Source: a bacterium
GTDB taxonomy: Bacteria; JADJOY01
Assembly (NCBI GenBank): GCA_046331705.1
Contig: JAXLQJ010000021.1
Span: 1 to 64,000 of the forward strand
Reading direction: 5' to 3'
Length of the DNA stretch: 64,000 nt
Shown: piece by piece, positions 18,800-27,896 of the stretch
Numbering within the stretch: the first letter of the stretch is position 1
Layout of the letters: every line of letters begins with the position of its first letter
Made by a program: the position numbers and the translations under genes
Notes under the pieces: generated by a model
Databases searched by the model: none
What the model saw: the letters and a program-made list of their open reading frames with translations, nothing else
Told to the model about the DNA's origin: nothing

Positions 18800-19185
18800 G
18801 CCACGGGCGAACGCTGCTCGCGATCGCGTGGCTCACGTCGCTCGTGGCGAGCTACCGGCTCGGCGTCGAGCGCGACGCGGAGCCGGCGCTCGTGCCACGG
18901 GTCGCGATCGTGGCCGCTTCGCCGCCTCCCGCGCCGCTTCCACCGGCGCCGCGCGACGCGGCGGCACTCACGCCCGCGCAGTTCGTGGCGCGCGGCGTGG
19001 TGGCGAAGCACGTCGACGAGGACAACCCGCTCGACCGCAATCAGCACGCGTACGTGCTGGGCGGCCCCGAGGACATCGTCCCCGCGCAGGTGGGACTGCT
19101 GCCCATCGGCGCCAACCGCATTCTCTTCTCGCAATACCCGCGCGTGGGCGCGCCGCTGCGCACCTTCAGCATCGCCGTGAACTGA
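18796..19185 (+). CDS. Small exported/anchored protein carrying the C-terminal half of the pilin-like HxDEDNP domain
   Basis: ATGA overlap; hydrophobic N-terminus, Pro-rich linker, KHVDEDNPLDRNQHAY...QV...RTFSIAVN. Confidence 0.78.
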   Translation: MSHGRTLLAIAWLTSLVASYRLGVERDAEPALVPRVAIVAASPPPAPLPPAPRDAAALTPAQFVARGVVAKHVDEDNPLDRNQHAYVLGGPEDIVPAQVGLLPIGANRILFSQYPRVGAPLRTFSIAVN

Positions 19186-19203
19186 GCGCGGGCGGCGTCG
19201 GGC

Positions 19204-20835
19204 TCAGGCGCCGACCTCGCGCTGCAGGACGGTCGGGTGCAACCACGCGGTGCTCGTCTCGGGATGGTCGAGCGTGTAGTGCAGCCCACGGCTCTCGCGG
19301 CGCTCGAGCGCCGAACGAATGATCAGGTCCGCGACGATGGCGATGTTGCGCAGCTCGATCAGATCGGCGGTCACCACCGAATCCCAGTAGTACGCGTGGA
19401 TCTCCTTCCAGATCAGATCGATCCGCGCCTTGGCGCGCTTGAGGCGCTTGTCGGTGCGCACGATGCCGACGTAGTTCCACATGAAGCGTCGGATCTCGTC
19501 CCAGTTCTGGGTGACGACGACCGACTCGTCGCTGTCGACCGCGTGGCCCGGGTTCCAGCGCGGCGGCTCCGGACCGACGCGTCGCTTTGGATCGCGCAAC
19601 CGACCCCGAACCGCCTCGGCGGCCCGGTACGCGAACACGATTGCCTCGAGCAACGAGTTCGACGCCAAGCGATTCGCGCCGTGGAGCCCGGTGTACGCGA
19701 CCTCTCCCGCTGCGAAGAGGTCGGGGATCGAGGTCTCGCCGTGCAGGTCCGTCATGACGCCGCCGCACGCGTAATGCGCGGCGGGCACCACGGGGATGGG
19801 GCCGGTGGTCATGTCGTAGCCGAACTCCAGGCAGCGCGCGTGGATGTTGGGAAAGCGCTCGCGGATCCAGTCCGCCGGCTTGTGGCTCAGGTCGAGCAGC
19901 ACGTACTCGTCGCCGCGCCGCTTCATCTCCGCGTCGATGGCGCGCGCCACGATGTCGCGCGGCGCGAGCTCGGCCAGCTCGTGGTAGCCGCGCATGAACG
20001 GCGTGCCGTCGGTGCGCTTCAGGATCGCGCCCTCTCCGCGCACGGCCTCGGAGATCAGGAAGCTCTTGGCGCGCGGGTGATAGAGGCAGGTCGGGTGGAA
20101 CTGGAAGAACTCCATGTTCGCCACCCGCGCTCCGGCGCGGTAGCCGATCGCGACGCCGTCGCCTGTCGCGATGTCCGGGTTCGAGGTGTAGAGATAGACC
20201 TTCCCGGCGCCACCGGTGGCGAGCAACGTCACATCGGCGGTCACGGTCGTCACCCGGCCGGTCGTCCGATCCAGGATGTAGGCGCCTTCGCAGCGATCCA
20301 CGGCGGCGCTGGGATCGAGCTTGCGGCGGGTGATGAGATCGATGGCGATGTGGTTCTCGAGGATGCGAATGCGCGAGGTGGAGTCCGCACGCGCGAGCAG
20401 CGCGCGCTGGATCTCCCGCCCAGTCCAGTCCTCCGCGTGGAGCACCCGGCGGGCCGAGTGCCCACCCTCGCGCGTCAGGTCGTAGTGCGCGGCGGCGCCT
20501 TCGCCGCTGCGCGTGAACTCGACGCCCCAGGCGAGCAGATCGGCGATCCGGTCGGGGGCCTCCCGCACCACGGCCTCGACGACGGTGCGATCGCAGAGCC
20601 CCGCGCCGGCGCGCAGCGTGTCCTCGATGTGGGCGTCGAACGAGTCGTCCGCCGACTGGACGCTGGCGATGCCGCCCTGCGCCTGGCTCGTGTTCGAGGT
20701 GTCGCGCTGCATCTTGGTGACGACCAAGACATCCGCGCCCTCGAGGTAGATACTGAACGCCAGGCCGGCGATGCCGCTGCCCATGACGAGGCAGTCGACG
20801 TGGATTCGGTCTTCGGTGGAAGCGCTGCTCGGCAT
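19204..20835 (-). CDS. nadB: L-aspartate oxidase
   Basis: [38 protein letters not shown] and RESRGLHY motifs; start reassigned to ATG 20835. Confidence 0.95.
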   Translation of the reverse strand: MPSSASTEDRIHVDCLVMGSGIAGLAFSIYLEGADVLVVTKMQRDTSNTSQAQGGIASVQSADDSFDAHIEDTLRAGAGLCDRTVVEAVVREAPDRIADLLAWGVEFTRSGEGAAAHYDLTREGGHSARRVLHAEDWTGREIQRALLARADSTSRIRILENHIAIDLITRRKLDPSAAVDRCEGAYILDRTTGRVTTVTADVTLLATGGAGKVYLYTSNPDIATGDGVAIGYRAGARVANMEFFQFHPTCLYHPRAKSFLISEAVRGEGAILKRTDGTPFMRGYHELAELAPRDIVARAIDAEMKRRGDEYVLLDLSHKPADWIRERFPNIHARCLEFGYDMTTGPIPVVPAAHYACGGVMTDLHGETSIPDLFAAGEVAYTGLHGANRLASNSLLEAIVFAYRAAEAVRGRLRDPKRRVGPEPPRWNPGHAVDSDESVVVTQNWDEIRRFMWNYVGIVRTDKRLKRAKARIDLIWKEIHAYYWDSVVTADLIELRNIAIVADLIIRSALERRESRGLHYTLDHPETSTAWLHPTVLQREVGA

Positions 20836-20881
20836 GTCCTCACCCGGTGATCTCACTCCGACGGTCGCCAAACTGGACGTT

Positions 20882-20895
20882 GGCACGAGGTTCGC
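20882..20895 (+). promoter_or_regulatory. Sigma54-like promoter (TTGGCACGAGGTTCGCA)
   Basis: GG-N10-GC with a perfect -24 TGGCACG; the -12 reads TCGC. Confidence 0.55.
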
Positions 20896-20909
20896 ATCGA
20901 GCCCCAGCG

Positions 20910-20947
20910 TTGACAACGTTCGAGGGGCCTTCCTAGGATGGCCCCTC
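20910..20947 (+). promoter_or_regulatory. Sigma70-type promoter TTGACA-N18-TAGGAT overlapped by a 26-bp palindrome
   Basis: TTGACA 20910-20915, TAGGAT 20934-20939; GAGGGGCCTTCCT|AGGATGGCCCCTC at 20922-20947 with one mismatch. Confidence 0.6.
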
Positions 20948-21048
20948 TCGATGACGAGCCCGCCTCCGCATCGGCACCGGTTACGGTCGCCGATCCGATG
21001 GGGCCGCCCCAGCGGGGCGTTCAGAGCGAGCTCGAGAAGATCGTGCGC

Positions 21049-21750
21049 ATGAGACGAGTCGAGACCGCCGTCGCCGCCGTGCTCGCCAGCGTGGGCCTCA
21101 TGCTCATGCCAAGCACCGGCAAAGCCGACATCTACCGCTACGTCGACGCCAAAGGCGTCATTCATTTCAGCAACATCCCCCGAGGTCCCGGCGCCCAGAA
21201 CGCGAAGCGCATGGTGGCCGAATCCAAGAAGACCGGACGCTCGGTCTACCTCGGCTACCGCACCGGCATCTGGAGCGCGGACTTCTACCGCAAGGTCAGC
21301 TCGGCCGAGCTCAAGCGACGGCGGGCCCTGTACGAACCGCTCATCAACCAGGCCGCGCTGGCCCAGGGGCTCGATCCGAACCTCGTCAAGGCCGTGGCGC
21401 ACATCGAGTCGGGATTCAATTCCATGGCGCGGTCACCGGCCGGTGCGATGGGCATCATGCAGCTCATGCCCGGCACCGCCGACCTCGTCGACGTCGCCAA
21501 CGCCTGGGATCCGGCGGACAACATCAACGGCGGCTGCCGCTATCTCAAGCAGATGCTCGAGCGCTTCAAGGGCGACGTCCGGCTGGCGCTTGCCGCGTAC
21601 AACGCGGGACCGGAAAACGTCGAGAAATACGGCGGCATCCCGCCCTTCCAAGAAACGCAACAGTACGTGAGATCGGTCGCCTACCAGCACCGCGTGTATA
21701 CGACCGAGAGCCTCTCGGCGGCGCCCGAGACGCGCGTCGCGAGCCGCTGA
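21049..21750 (+). CDS. Lytic transglycosylase (SLT domain) with a DUF4124-like N-terminus
   Basis: Signal-like N-terminus, [32 protein letters not shown] and ALAAYNAG; start uncertain. Confidence 0.9.
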   Translation: MRRVETAVAAVLASVGLMLMPSTGKADIYRYVDAKGVIHFSNIPRGPGAQNAKRMVAESKKTGRSVYLGYRTGIWSADFYRKVSSAELKRRRALYEPLINQAALAQGLDPNLVKAVAHIESGFNSMARSPAGAMGIMQLMPGTADLVDVANAWDPADNINGGCRYLKQMLERFKGDVRLALAAYNAGPENVEKYGGIPPFQETQQYVRSVAYQHRVYTTESLSAAPETRVASR

Positions 21751-21793
21751 TCCGCGTCGTCGCTCGTTCCCTCGAATCCCCCCGGACCCGCGA

Positions 21794-22471
21794 ATGACGC
21801 CACCCGACGGTGCGGCGAACCCCTCGGGCTCCGCGCGCCGGAGCGTGTGGAACGTCCCCAACATCCTGACGGCGTCCCGCATCGCGGTGGTGCCGTTCGT
21901 GATCTTCCTCCTGTGGTACGAGCACCACATGGGCTGGGAGCGGCCCGCGGATGCCTCGCCGGCCGGTCCAGGACGATGGACGTCCTTCGGCGCCGCGTTC
22001 CTCTATCTGGTCGCCGGGATCACCGACCTCATCGACGGCCGCATCGCGCGCAAGACCGGCACGCAGACGGTGCTCGGCCAGCTGCTCGACCCGCTCGCCG
22101 ACAAGCTCGTCCTCGCGGCGGGCTGCATCATGCTCATCCCGATGGAGCGGTTGCCGGCGTGGGTGGCGTTCGTGCTCATCGGGCGCGAGATCCTGGTCAC
22201 CGGGCTGCGTGGCATCGCCAGCACCCGCGGTGTCGTGATCGCCGCGCAGGACCTGGGCAAGCGCAAGGCCACGTTCCAGGCGATCAGCATCAATCTGTTG
22301 ATCCTGCACTACCGGAGCGTGGGGCTCGACGTGCGCGCGATCGGCAACGTGATGCTGGTCTTCGCGGTCTTCTACACGCTCTATTCGGGCTGGGATTACT
22401 GCCGCGCGTTCCTGCCGGGGATCATCGAGGCATCGAGGCAGGCACCGGCGAGCACCCAGCCGTCGGCGTGA
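21794..22471 (+). CDS. pgsA: CDP-diacylglycerol--glycerol-3-phosphate 3-phosphatidyltransferase
   Basis: NVPNILTASRI, TDLIDGRIARK...GQLLDPLADK and REILVTGLR motifs. Confidence 0.92.
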   Translation: MTPPDGAANPSGSARRSVWNVPNILTASRIAVVPFVIFLLWYEHHMGWERPADASPAGPGRWTSFGAAFLYLVAGITDLIDGRIARKTGTQTVLGQLLDPLADKLVLAAGCIMLIPMERLPAWVAFVLIGREILVTGLRGIASTRGVVIAAQDLGKRKATFQAISINLLILHYRSVGLDVRAIGNVMLVFAVFYTLYSGWDYCRAFLPGIIEASRQAPASTQPSA

Positions 22472-22547
22472 GCGGCGCGGCGCCGAGCCGTGGCTGCAGA
22501 CGCGAGTCGGCCTCGCGTGGCGCGAGGCTCGCTCGGGAGCCGGTCGC

Positions 22548-24251
22548 TTGAGACGTGCATCGCCGGACGGAATCCGCGGCCGGACGTTGATCCCGGGACT
22601 CATCGCCGCCGACGCGCTGGCGACGGTGGCGCTCGCGTACCGCGGGATCGATCGCCTGCTGCTCGGCATCTCCGACGCGCTGCCGCTCGGGGCGGCCGCG
22701 ACCTCCGCGAGCCTCTCGCTCGGCGCCGCGGCGGCGCTCGCTCTGGCCTCCGAGCGGCTGTGCCGATCCCACCCGGCGCGCGCGCGGGCCGCCCGATGGT
22801 GGGAGGCCCCGGCATCGTTCGCGGGTGTGGCCGTGCTCGCGGTGATCCTCGGCGAGCATCTCGTGCCGTTGCCCACGCCGCTCGCGAACCTCACGTGGGA
22901 TTGGCACGCGCTGGTGGGAAACCTCGACGCGTCGATGCACGTCTCGCGCGACCTCGCGAAGGCCGCCTTGGCGATCTGGCTCTCGCTGGTGTGGGCGTTG
23001 GCGCTCGATGGACCCGTGTCGCGTGGCTGGACACGGCTGCTGCTCACGATCTGGGGCGCGAGCGCCGTCGGCCTGGTGTTCAGGGCGGACGCGCTCGCGG
23101 CCGTGCGGCCGCTCGCCGCGCTGCTCGCGCTGCTGCCGCTGATCGCGCTCGCGCTGGCGGAATCGGGACGACCCCACGGCGCGGCCCGGGTGACCCTCGC
23201 GGCGGCGCTGCTCTCGTTCGTGGGGCTGCACGCCAGCGGCCTCGCTCCCCTGAGCGCCCGTGGGCGAGATGGGGCGCTGGCCGATGCGGCGAGCGTCGCA
23301 GCCGCGGAGGGGAGCACGGCGCTACCCGTCGCCGCGCTGGCGATCTCCCAGGACGGGAGGCTCGCCGCGGCGGCGCTCACCAGCGACGAAGGGTTGGCGC
23401 AGATCGATCTCGCGAGCGGGCAAGCGGCGCTGCTCGGCCTCGGCGCGCCCGTCGCGGCGCTGGCCGTGGACGCGCGCACCGGCACCGTCGCGGCGCGCGC
23501 CCCCCAGCACCGAGTCCTGCTGACGTTGCGCCTCGAGCCGCTCACGGTGCTGCGCAGCGTGCTGGTGCCGGGCCATCCCATCGGCTCGCTGAGCGCGGTG
23601 GCGGCGCGCTCGGGACGCGTGCTGCTCGCCAATCGTCCCGGCGCCGGCCTCGACGAATACGCCCTCGACACGCTGAGCTTCGTGGCCGAGCACCCGCTCA
23701 GCTCGACCCCCGACGCCGCGCTTCACTACGTCGCGACGCAGCTCGCCGCGGACCCGGCGACGGGCGCGTGGTACGCGGCGGTGGCGAGTGTCGAGACGAC
23801 GGGCGACCGCCAGCTCACGCGGATCGAGCCCGGGCGCAACGGCAAGCGCATCACCGCGCCCATCGCCGGTGCCGACGCGCTCGCCGTGGCGGCGCATCCG
23901 GGCGGCGGGAGCCGGGTGTTCGTGGCCAACGCTCGCACGGGAACCATCCAGATGCTGGATGGCGAGACGCTCGCGCTGCTGCGTGAGGCGCGCGGGCCGG
24001 TCGACGTGCGCGCCGTCGCCTGGGAACCGCGCCGGGAGGTGCTGCTGGCGATGGGACGGATGTCGCGTCAGCTCGCCGCGGTCGACCTGCGGTTGGGACG
24101 CACGGTCAAGGCATCCGCGCTGGCCGCGGTGCCACGAGCGATGGTCCTCGACTTCCAGCACGACCGCGTGCTGGTGGGCGGCGATCGCGGCTTGCTCGCG
24201 GTGGACCTCACCCGCTGGCTCTACCCGGCGCCCGCGGCCGGCGCACGCTGA
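22548..24251 (+). CDS. Multi-TM protein with a C-terminal YncE-like beta-propeller
   Basis: Hydrophobic N-terminal half; repeated blades (LAVDARTG, LAADPATG, RVFVAN, VPRAMVLD); start uncertain. Confidence 0.65.
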   Translation: MRRASPDGIRGRTLIPGLIAADALATVALAYRGIDRLLLGISDALPLGAAATSASLSLGAAAALALASERLCRSHPARARAARWWEAPASFAGVAVLAVILGEHLVPLPTPLANLTWDWHALVGNLDASMHVSRDLAKAALAIWLSLVWALALDGPVSRGWTRLLLTIWGASAVGLVFRADALAAVRPLAALLALLPLIALALAESGRPHGAARVTLAAALLSFVGLHASGLAPLSARGRDGALADAASVAAAEGSTALPVAALAISQDGRLAAAALTSDEGLAQIDLASGQAALLGLGAPVAALAVDARTGTVAARAPQHRVLLTLRLEPLTVLRSVLVPGHPIGSLSAVAARSGRVLLANRPGAGLDEYALDTLSFVAEHPLSSTPDAALHYVATQLAADPATGAWYAAVASVETTGDRQLTRIEPGRNGKRITAPIAGADALAVAAHPGGGSRVFVANARTGTIQMLDGETLALLREARGPVDVRAVAWEPRREVLLAMGRMSRQLAAVDLRLGRTVKASALAAVPRAMVLDFQHDRVLVGGDRGLLAVDLTRWLYPAPAAGAR

Positions 24252-25963
24252 GCCTCGCCGAGGAACGCGCCGAGCTCCACGCGGAACACGCCGTCCTCGC
24301 TGCCGAGGTAGAGGCGATCGGTGGCGGGGTCGAGCGCCAGCGACATCGACTTGTTGCCGACGCGCTCGCGGGCGAGCACCGCCTCGTCGCCGTAGCGAAT
24401 CGCCCACAGCTCGCCAGGCAAGAACGCGATCGCGAGCAGCAGGTCGCGGCGCGCGTCGTACGCCATGGCACGGACGTTGAGCGGACCGACGATGGTGCGG
24501 CGGGGCGCGAGGGTCGTCGCGTCGAGCTCGAAGACGCGGTCCGTGAAGAACCCGGCCGTGAAGATCGCGTTGCGCTCGGGCACCCACAGGATCGCGAGGC
24601 CGCCGTCGGGCACCTCGTGCTGGGCGACCACCGTGAGCGTGTCGAGGTCGACGCGCACGAGCAGGTAGCGACCGGCGGCGTCGACCGCGCCCAGCTCGAC
24701 CACCAGGAACCGCCGCTCCGCGTCGCCGACGGCCTCCCAGGCACCGCTGCGGTAACGCGTGAGCCCCTGATCGCGAAAGGAGAGCGTGCGCCGGATCGCG
24801 CCGCTCGCCAGATCCACCTCGGCGACGCTCGGGAGCTCGGTGTAGACGACGTACGCGGACTCGGAGCCCACGAGAAAGCTCATCGGCACCCGCCGCCCCG
24901 GGCCTTTGAGCGCGATCGCGTCGGGCTCGATCGCGAACGGATCCTTGGAGATCCGGAGCATCGTGCCGAGCACCCAATCGAGCGCCAGCAGGCGGCTGGG
25001 ATCGGGCGACGGACGCAGATGACGCACCAATCCGTTGCCGACCTCGATGGGCGCGAGCGTGCCGTTGCCGAGATCGAGTCGCAGGATCCCCGAGGTGGGT
25101 CCGTACGCCGAGTAGATGGCGTTGCGGCCCGAGTCCAGCTCGAAATCCCGCAGGAACGCGAGCGGCACCTCGGGTGCCGCGCCGCCCACCGGATAGATCC
25201 GCGTCACACCGGGGTGCGACGCGAAGTCCGCGTGGCCGAACGGCAGCACCCCGAGGTAGTGAACGAGCAGGCCGCCCATCGTCACGCCGATCGCGGCCGC
25301 GCGCGCCGCCAGCCGCGCGCGGCCGCGCGCGAGCCCGACGGCGGCGACCGCCCAGGGCAGCACGTACGCGATCAAGTACACGATGATCCGCGCGCCCGCG
25401 GTGATTCGAGACAGCCACACCACCAACGTCGCGGCGATCGCGATCGGCACCAGCGCCGTCGCGAGACCCGCGCGGCGCGAGTCGCGCGTGAGCGCCGCGA
25501 ACACCACGTGCAGGGCGAAGAGCGCCGCACCCGCCCAGCCGATCCACGGCGTGAGCCGCCCGAGCAAGACGAAGTTCGCGGGGATCTTCGCCCATTCCTG
25601 GGCGAGCCAGAGCCACGAGATGCCCTCGTTGCCGCCCCACACCGCCAAACCCACCGGCACCGCGATGGTCACGCCGATGAAGCCGGCTTCCAGCACCAGC
25701 TCGCGCGGGCGGCGCAGCGTGAGCGCCGTGGCGCGCGCGATCCAGCCGAGCGCCGCGAGCACCGCGAGCCAGCCAGCCACGGCCGTGCTCGCCGCGCCAG
25801 GCGCGAGCACGCCGTCGGCGCCCTGGAGCCCGGCGCGAATCGCCAGATAGATCGCCGCGACCGAGAGCGGCGCGTCCATGGCGAGCCACACGCCCGCCGC
25901 CACGCCGGGCGCACGGCGAGACGGCGAATCGGCGGCGAGGGTCGGGAGGCTCACGGAGTCCAA
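24221..25963 (-). CDS. Multi-TM protein with a C-terminal beta-propeller
   Basis: About seven TM segments then blades (RDFELDSGRN, RAMAYDARRD, SLALDPATDRLYLG); start may be ATG 25879. Confidence 0.72.
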   Translation of the reverse strand: MDSVSLPTLAADSPSRRAPGVAAGVWLAMDAPLSVAAIYLAIRAGLQGADGVLAPGAASTAVAGWLAVLAALGWIARATALTLRRPRELVLEAGFIGVTIAVPVGLAVWGGNEGISWLWLAQEWAKIPANFVLLGRLTPWIGWAGAALFALHVVFAALTRDSRRAGLATALVPIAIAATLVVWLSRITAGARIIVYLIAYVLPWAVAAVGLARGRARLAARAAAIGVTMGGLLVHYLGVLPFGHADFASHPGVTRIYPVGGAAPEVPLAFLRDFELDSGRNAIYSAYGPTSGILRLDLGNGTLAPIEVGNGLVRHLRPSPDPSRLLALDWVLGTMLRISKDPFAIEPDAIALKGPGRRVPMSFLVGSESAYVVYTELPSVAEVDLASGAIRRTLSFRDQGLTRYRSGAWEAVGDAERRFLVVELGAVDAAGRYLLVRVDLDTLTVVAQHEVPDGGLAILWVPERNAIFTAGFFTDRVFELDATTLAPRRTIVGPLNVRAMAYDARRDLLLAIAFLPGELWAIRYGDEAVLARERVGNKSMSLALDPATDRLYLGSEDGVFRVELGAFLGEAQRAPAAGAG

Positions 25964-26181
25964 TCACCCGGCGGCGAGGCGCGGATCATACGGTCTCGTC
26001 CGGAGGGAACAAACCCACGACGCGAGTCGCGAACGCGACCTGCTGCGCACGTCCGCTCGCGGCGGCGCGAGTCGACGTAGACTCGTCGCGCGGGGCGGCG
26101 TAGCCTCGCCAGCGGCACGACGAGGTTCCCCACGCGCGACACCCACTCCCCTCGAGGGTGGGGTGATCCGAGGAGCGTCCC

Positions 26182-27828
26182 ATGAGCGAGGAAGCGAAGA
26201 AGCCCGCAGCGCCGAGCGTTCGCAGCATGCGCGAGCTGGTGGCCGAGATCGAGGAGCTGAAGCGCGACGCGCTTCGGCTCGGCGACGAGAAGCACGTCCA
26301 GCGCCAGCGCGACAAGGGCAAGATGAACTGCCGCGAACGCATCGAGGCACTGTTCGACGCGGGCACGTTCCAGGAATTCGGCGTGCTCGCGTATCACCAC
26401 CCCAAGCCCGAGAACGCGCGCACGCCGGCGGACGGTGTCGTCACCGGCTACGGCAAGGTCGACGGTCGCTGGGTGGCGTGCGCGGCCTACGACTTCACGG
26501 TGATGGGCGGCTCGATCGGCGAGACCGGCGAACGCAAGGTCACCGAGCTGCGCGAGATGGTGTGCAAGTGGCGCATCCCCATCGTGTGGCTCATCGACTC
26601 GGCGGGCGCACGCATCCACACCGAAGGCGGCTTCGGCGGGATGATGGCGCGCGGCGAGGGGGATCTGCGCAAGGAAGCACGGCGCACCGGCATTGGCGCC
26701 TCGATCTTCGCGTACTCGGGGGCGCTCTTCCGCGAGCAGTCGATCCTGTCGGGCGTGATCCCGCAGGTGTGCGCGATGATGGGCCCGGGCGCGGCGGGAA
26801 CGGCGTACATCCCGGGCCTCGCGGATTTCGTGCCGATGGTGAAGGGCACCAGCTCCATGGGGCTGGGCGGGCCGTACCTCGTGAAGGCCGCCGTGGGCGA
26901 GGACATCACCGAGGAAGACCTCGGCTCGAAGCTCCACAACACCAAGAGCGGTGTGGCCGATCTCGAGGTGGCGGACGACGCGGCGTGCATCGCGGCCATC
27001 CGCGACTACCTCTCGTACTTCCCCGCGAACGCCGAGGAGCAGCCGGCGGTGGTGCCTTGCGACGATCCCGTCGAGCGCGCCGACGAAGAGCTGCTGGACA
27101 TCGTCCCCGTGGAGCCGCGCAAGGTCTACGACGTCAAGAAGGTCATCAAGCGCCTCGCCGACCACGGCAAGCTCTTCGAGATGAAGCCCCTCTTCGCGCG
27201 GAACCTGGTGACGGCGTTCGTGCGAATCGGTGGTCGCACCGCCGGCGTCGTCGCCAACAACCCGATGTTCTACGGCGGCGTCCTCGACGTGGACGCCTCG
27301 GACAAGGGCGCGCGCTTCATCAACCTGTGCGACGCCTTCAACATCCCGCTGGTCTTCTTGATGGACACGCCAGGCTTCCTGATCGGCACCAAGGCCGAGG
27401 AGCAAGGCATCATCCGGCACGGCGCCAAGATGGTGCACGCGGTGTCGTGCGCCACCGTGCCCAAGCTGACGGTGGTGCTGCGCAAGGGCTACGGCGCTGG
27501 CTACTACGCCATGTGCGGCAAGGGCTACGAGCCGGATCACATCGTGGCCTGGCCCACCGCCGAGATCAGCGTGATGGGGCCCGAGGGCATGGTCTCGATC
27601 TTCGCGCGGAAGCTGCTCGCCGCGCAGGAGGATCCGGCGCCGCTCGCCAAGTTCCTCGCCGACAAGATCCGCGAGACCATCGACCCCGTGATCGCCGCCG
27701 GCTGGGGCTACATCGACGACATCATCGACCCACGCCAGACCCGCAAGGTCCTCGCCACGCTCCTCGAGCTCACCCGCAACAAGACCGTCCAGCGCCCCTA
27801 CCGCAAACACGGCGTCGTGCCGGTTTGA
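26182..27828 (+). CDS. Acyl-CoA carboxylase carboxyltransferase (beta) subunit
   Basis: GAGGAG RBS; RERIEALFD, PADGVVTG, DFTVMGGS, DSAGARI, DTPGF and KHGVVPV motifs. Confidence 0.93.
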   Translation: MSEEAKKPAAPSVRSMRELVAEIEELKRDALRLGDEKHVQRQRDKGKMNCRERIEALFDAGTFQEFGVLAYHHPKPENARTPADGVVTGYGKVDGRWVACAAYDFTVMGGSIGETGERKVTELREMVCKWRIPIVWLIDSAGARIHTEGGFGGMMARGEGDLRKEARRTGIGASIFAYSGALFREQSILSGVIPQVCAMMGPGAAGTAYIPGLADFVPMVKGTSSMGLGGPYLVKAAVGEDITEEDLGSKLHNTKSGVADLEVADDAACIAAIRDYLSYFPANAEEQPAVVPCDDPVERADEELLDIVPVEPRKVYDVKKVIKRLADHGKLFEMKPLFARNLVTAFVRIGGRTAGVVANNPMFYGGVLDVDASDKGARFINLCDAFNIPLVFLMDTPGFLIGTKAEEQGIIRHGAKMVHAVSCATVPKLTVVLRKGYGAGYYAMCGKGYEPDHIVAWPTAEISVMGPEGMVSIFARKLLAAQEDPAPLAKFLADKIRETIDPVIAAGWGYIDDIIDPRQTRKVLATLLELTRNKTVQRPYRKHGVVPV

Positions 27829-27865
27829 CCTGCTCGGGGTGGCGTGGAAGCCGCATGACGGCGTA

Positions 27866-27891
27866 GCGCCGGGGGATCCGTCCCCCGGCGC
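27866..27891. terminator. 11-bp GC hairpin between convergent genes
   Basis: GCGCCGGGGGA-TCCG-TCCCCCGGCGC; no U-tract. Confidence 0.55.
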
Positions 27892-27896
27892 GCGCG

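Noticed and set aside
12012-19185. Inverted similar DNA segments as ends of an invertible or mobile element
   Set aside because: The similarity is interrupted by many substitutions and reflects protein paralogy; no recombinase or perfect repeats are present.
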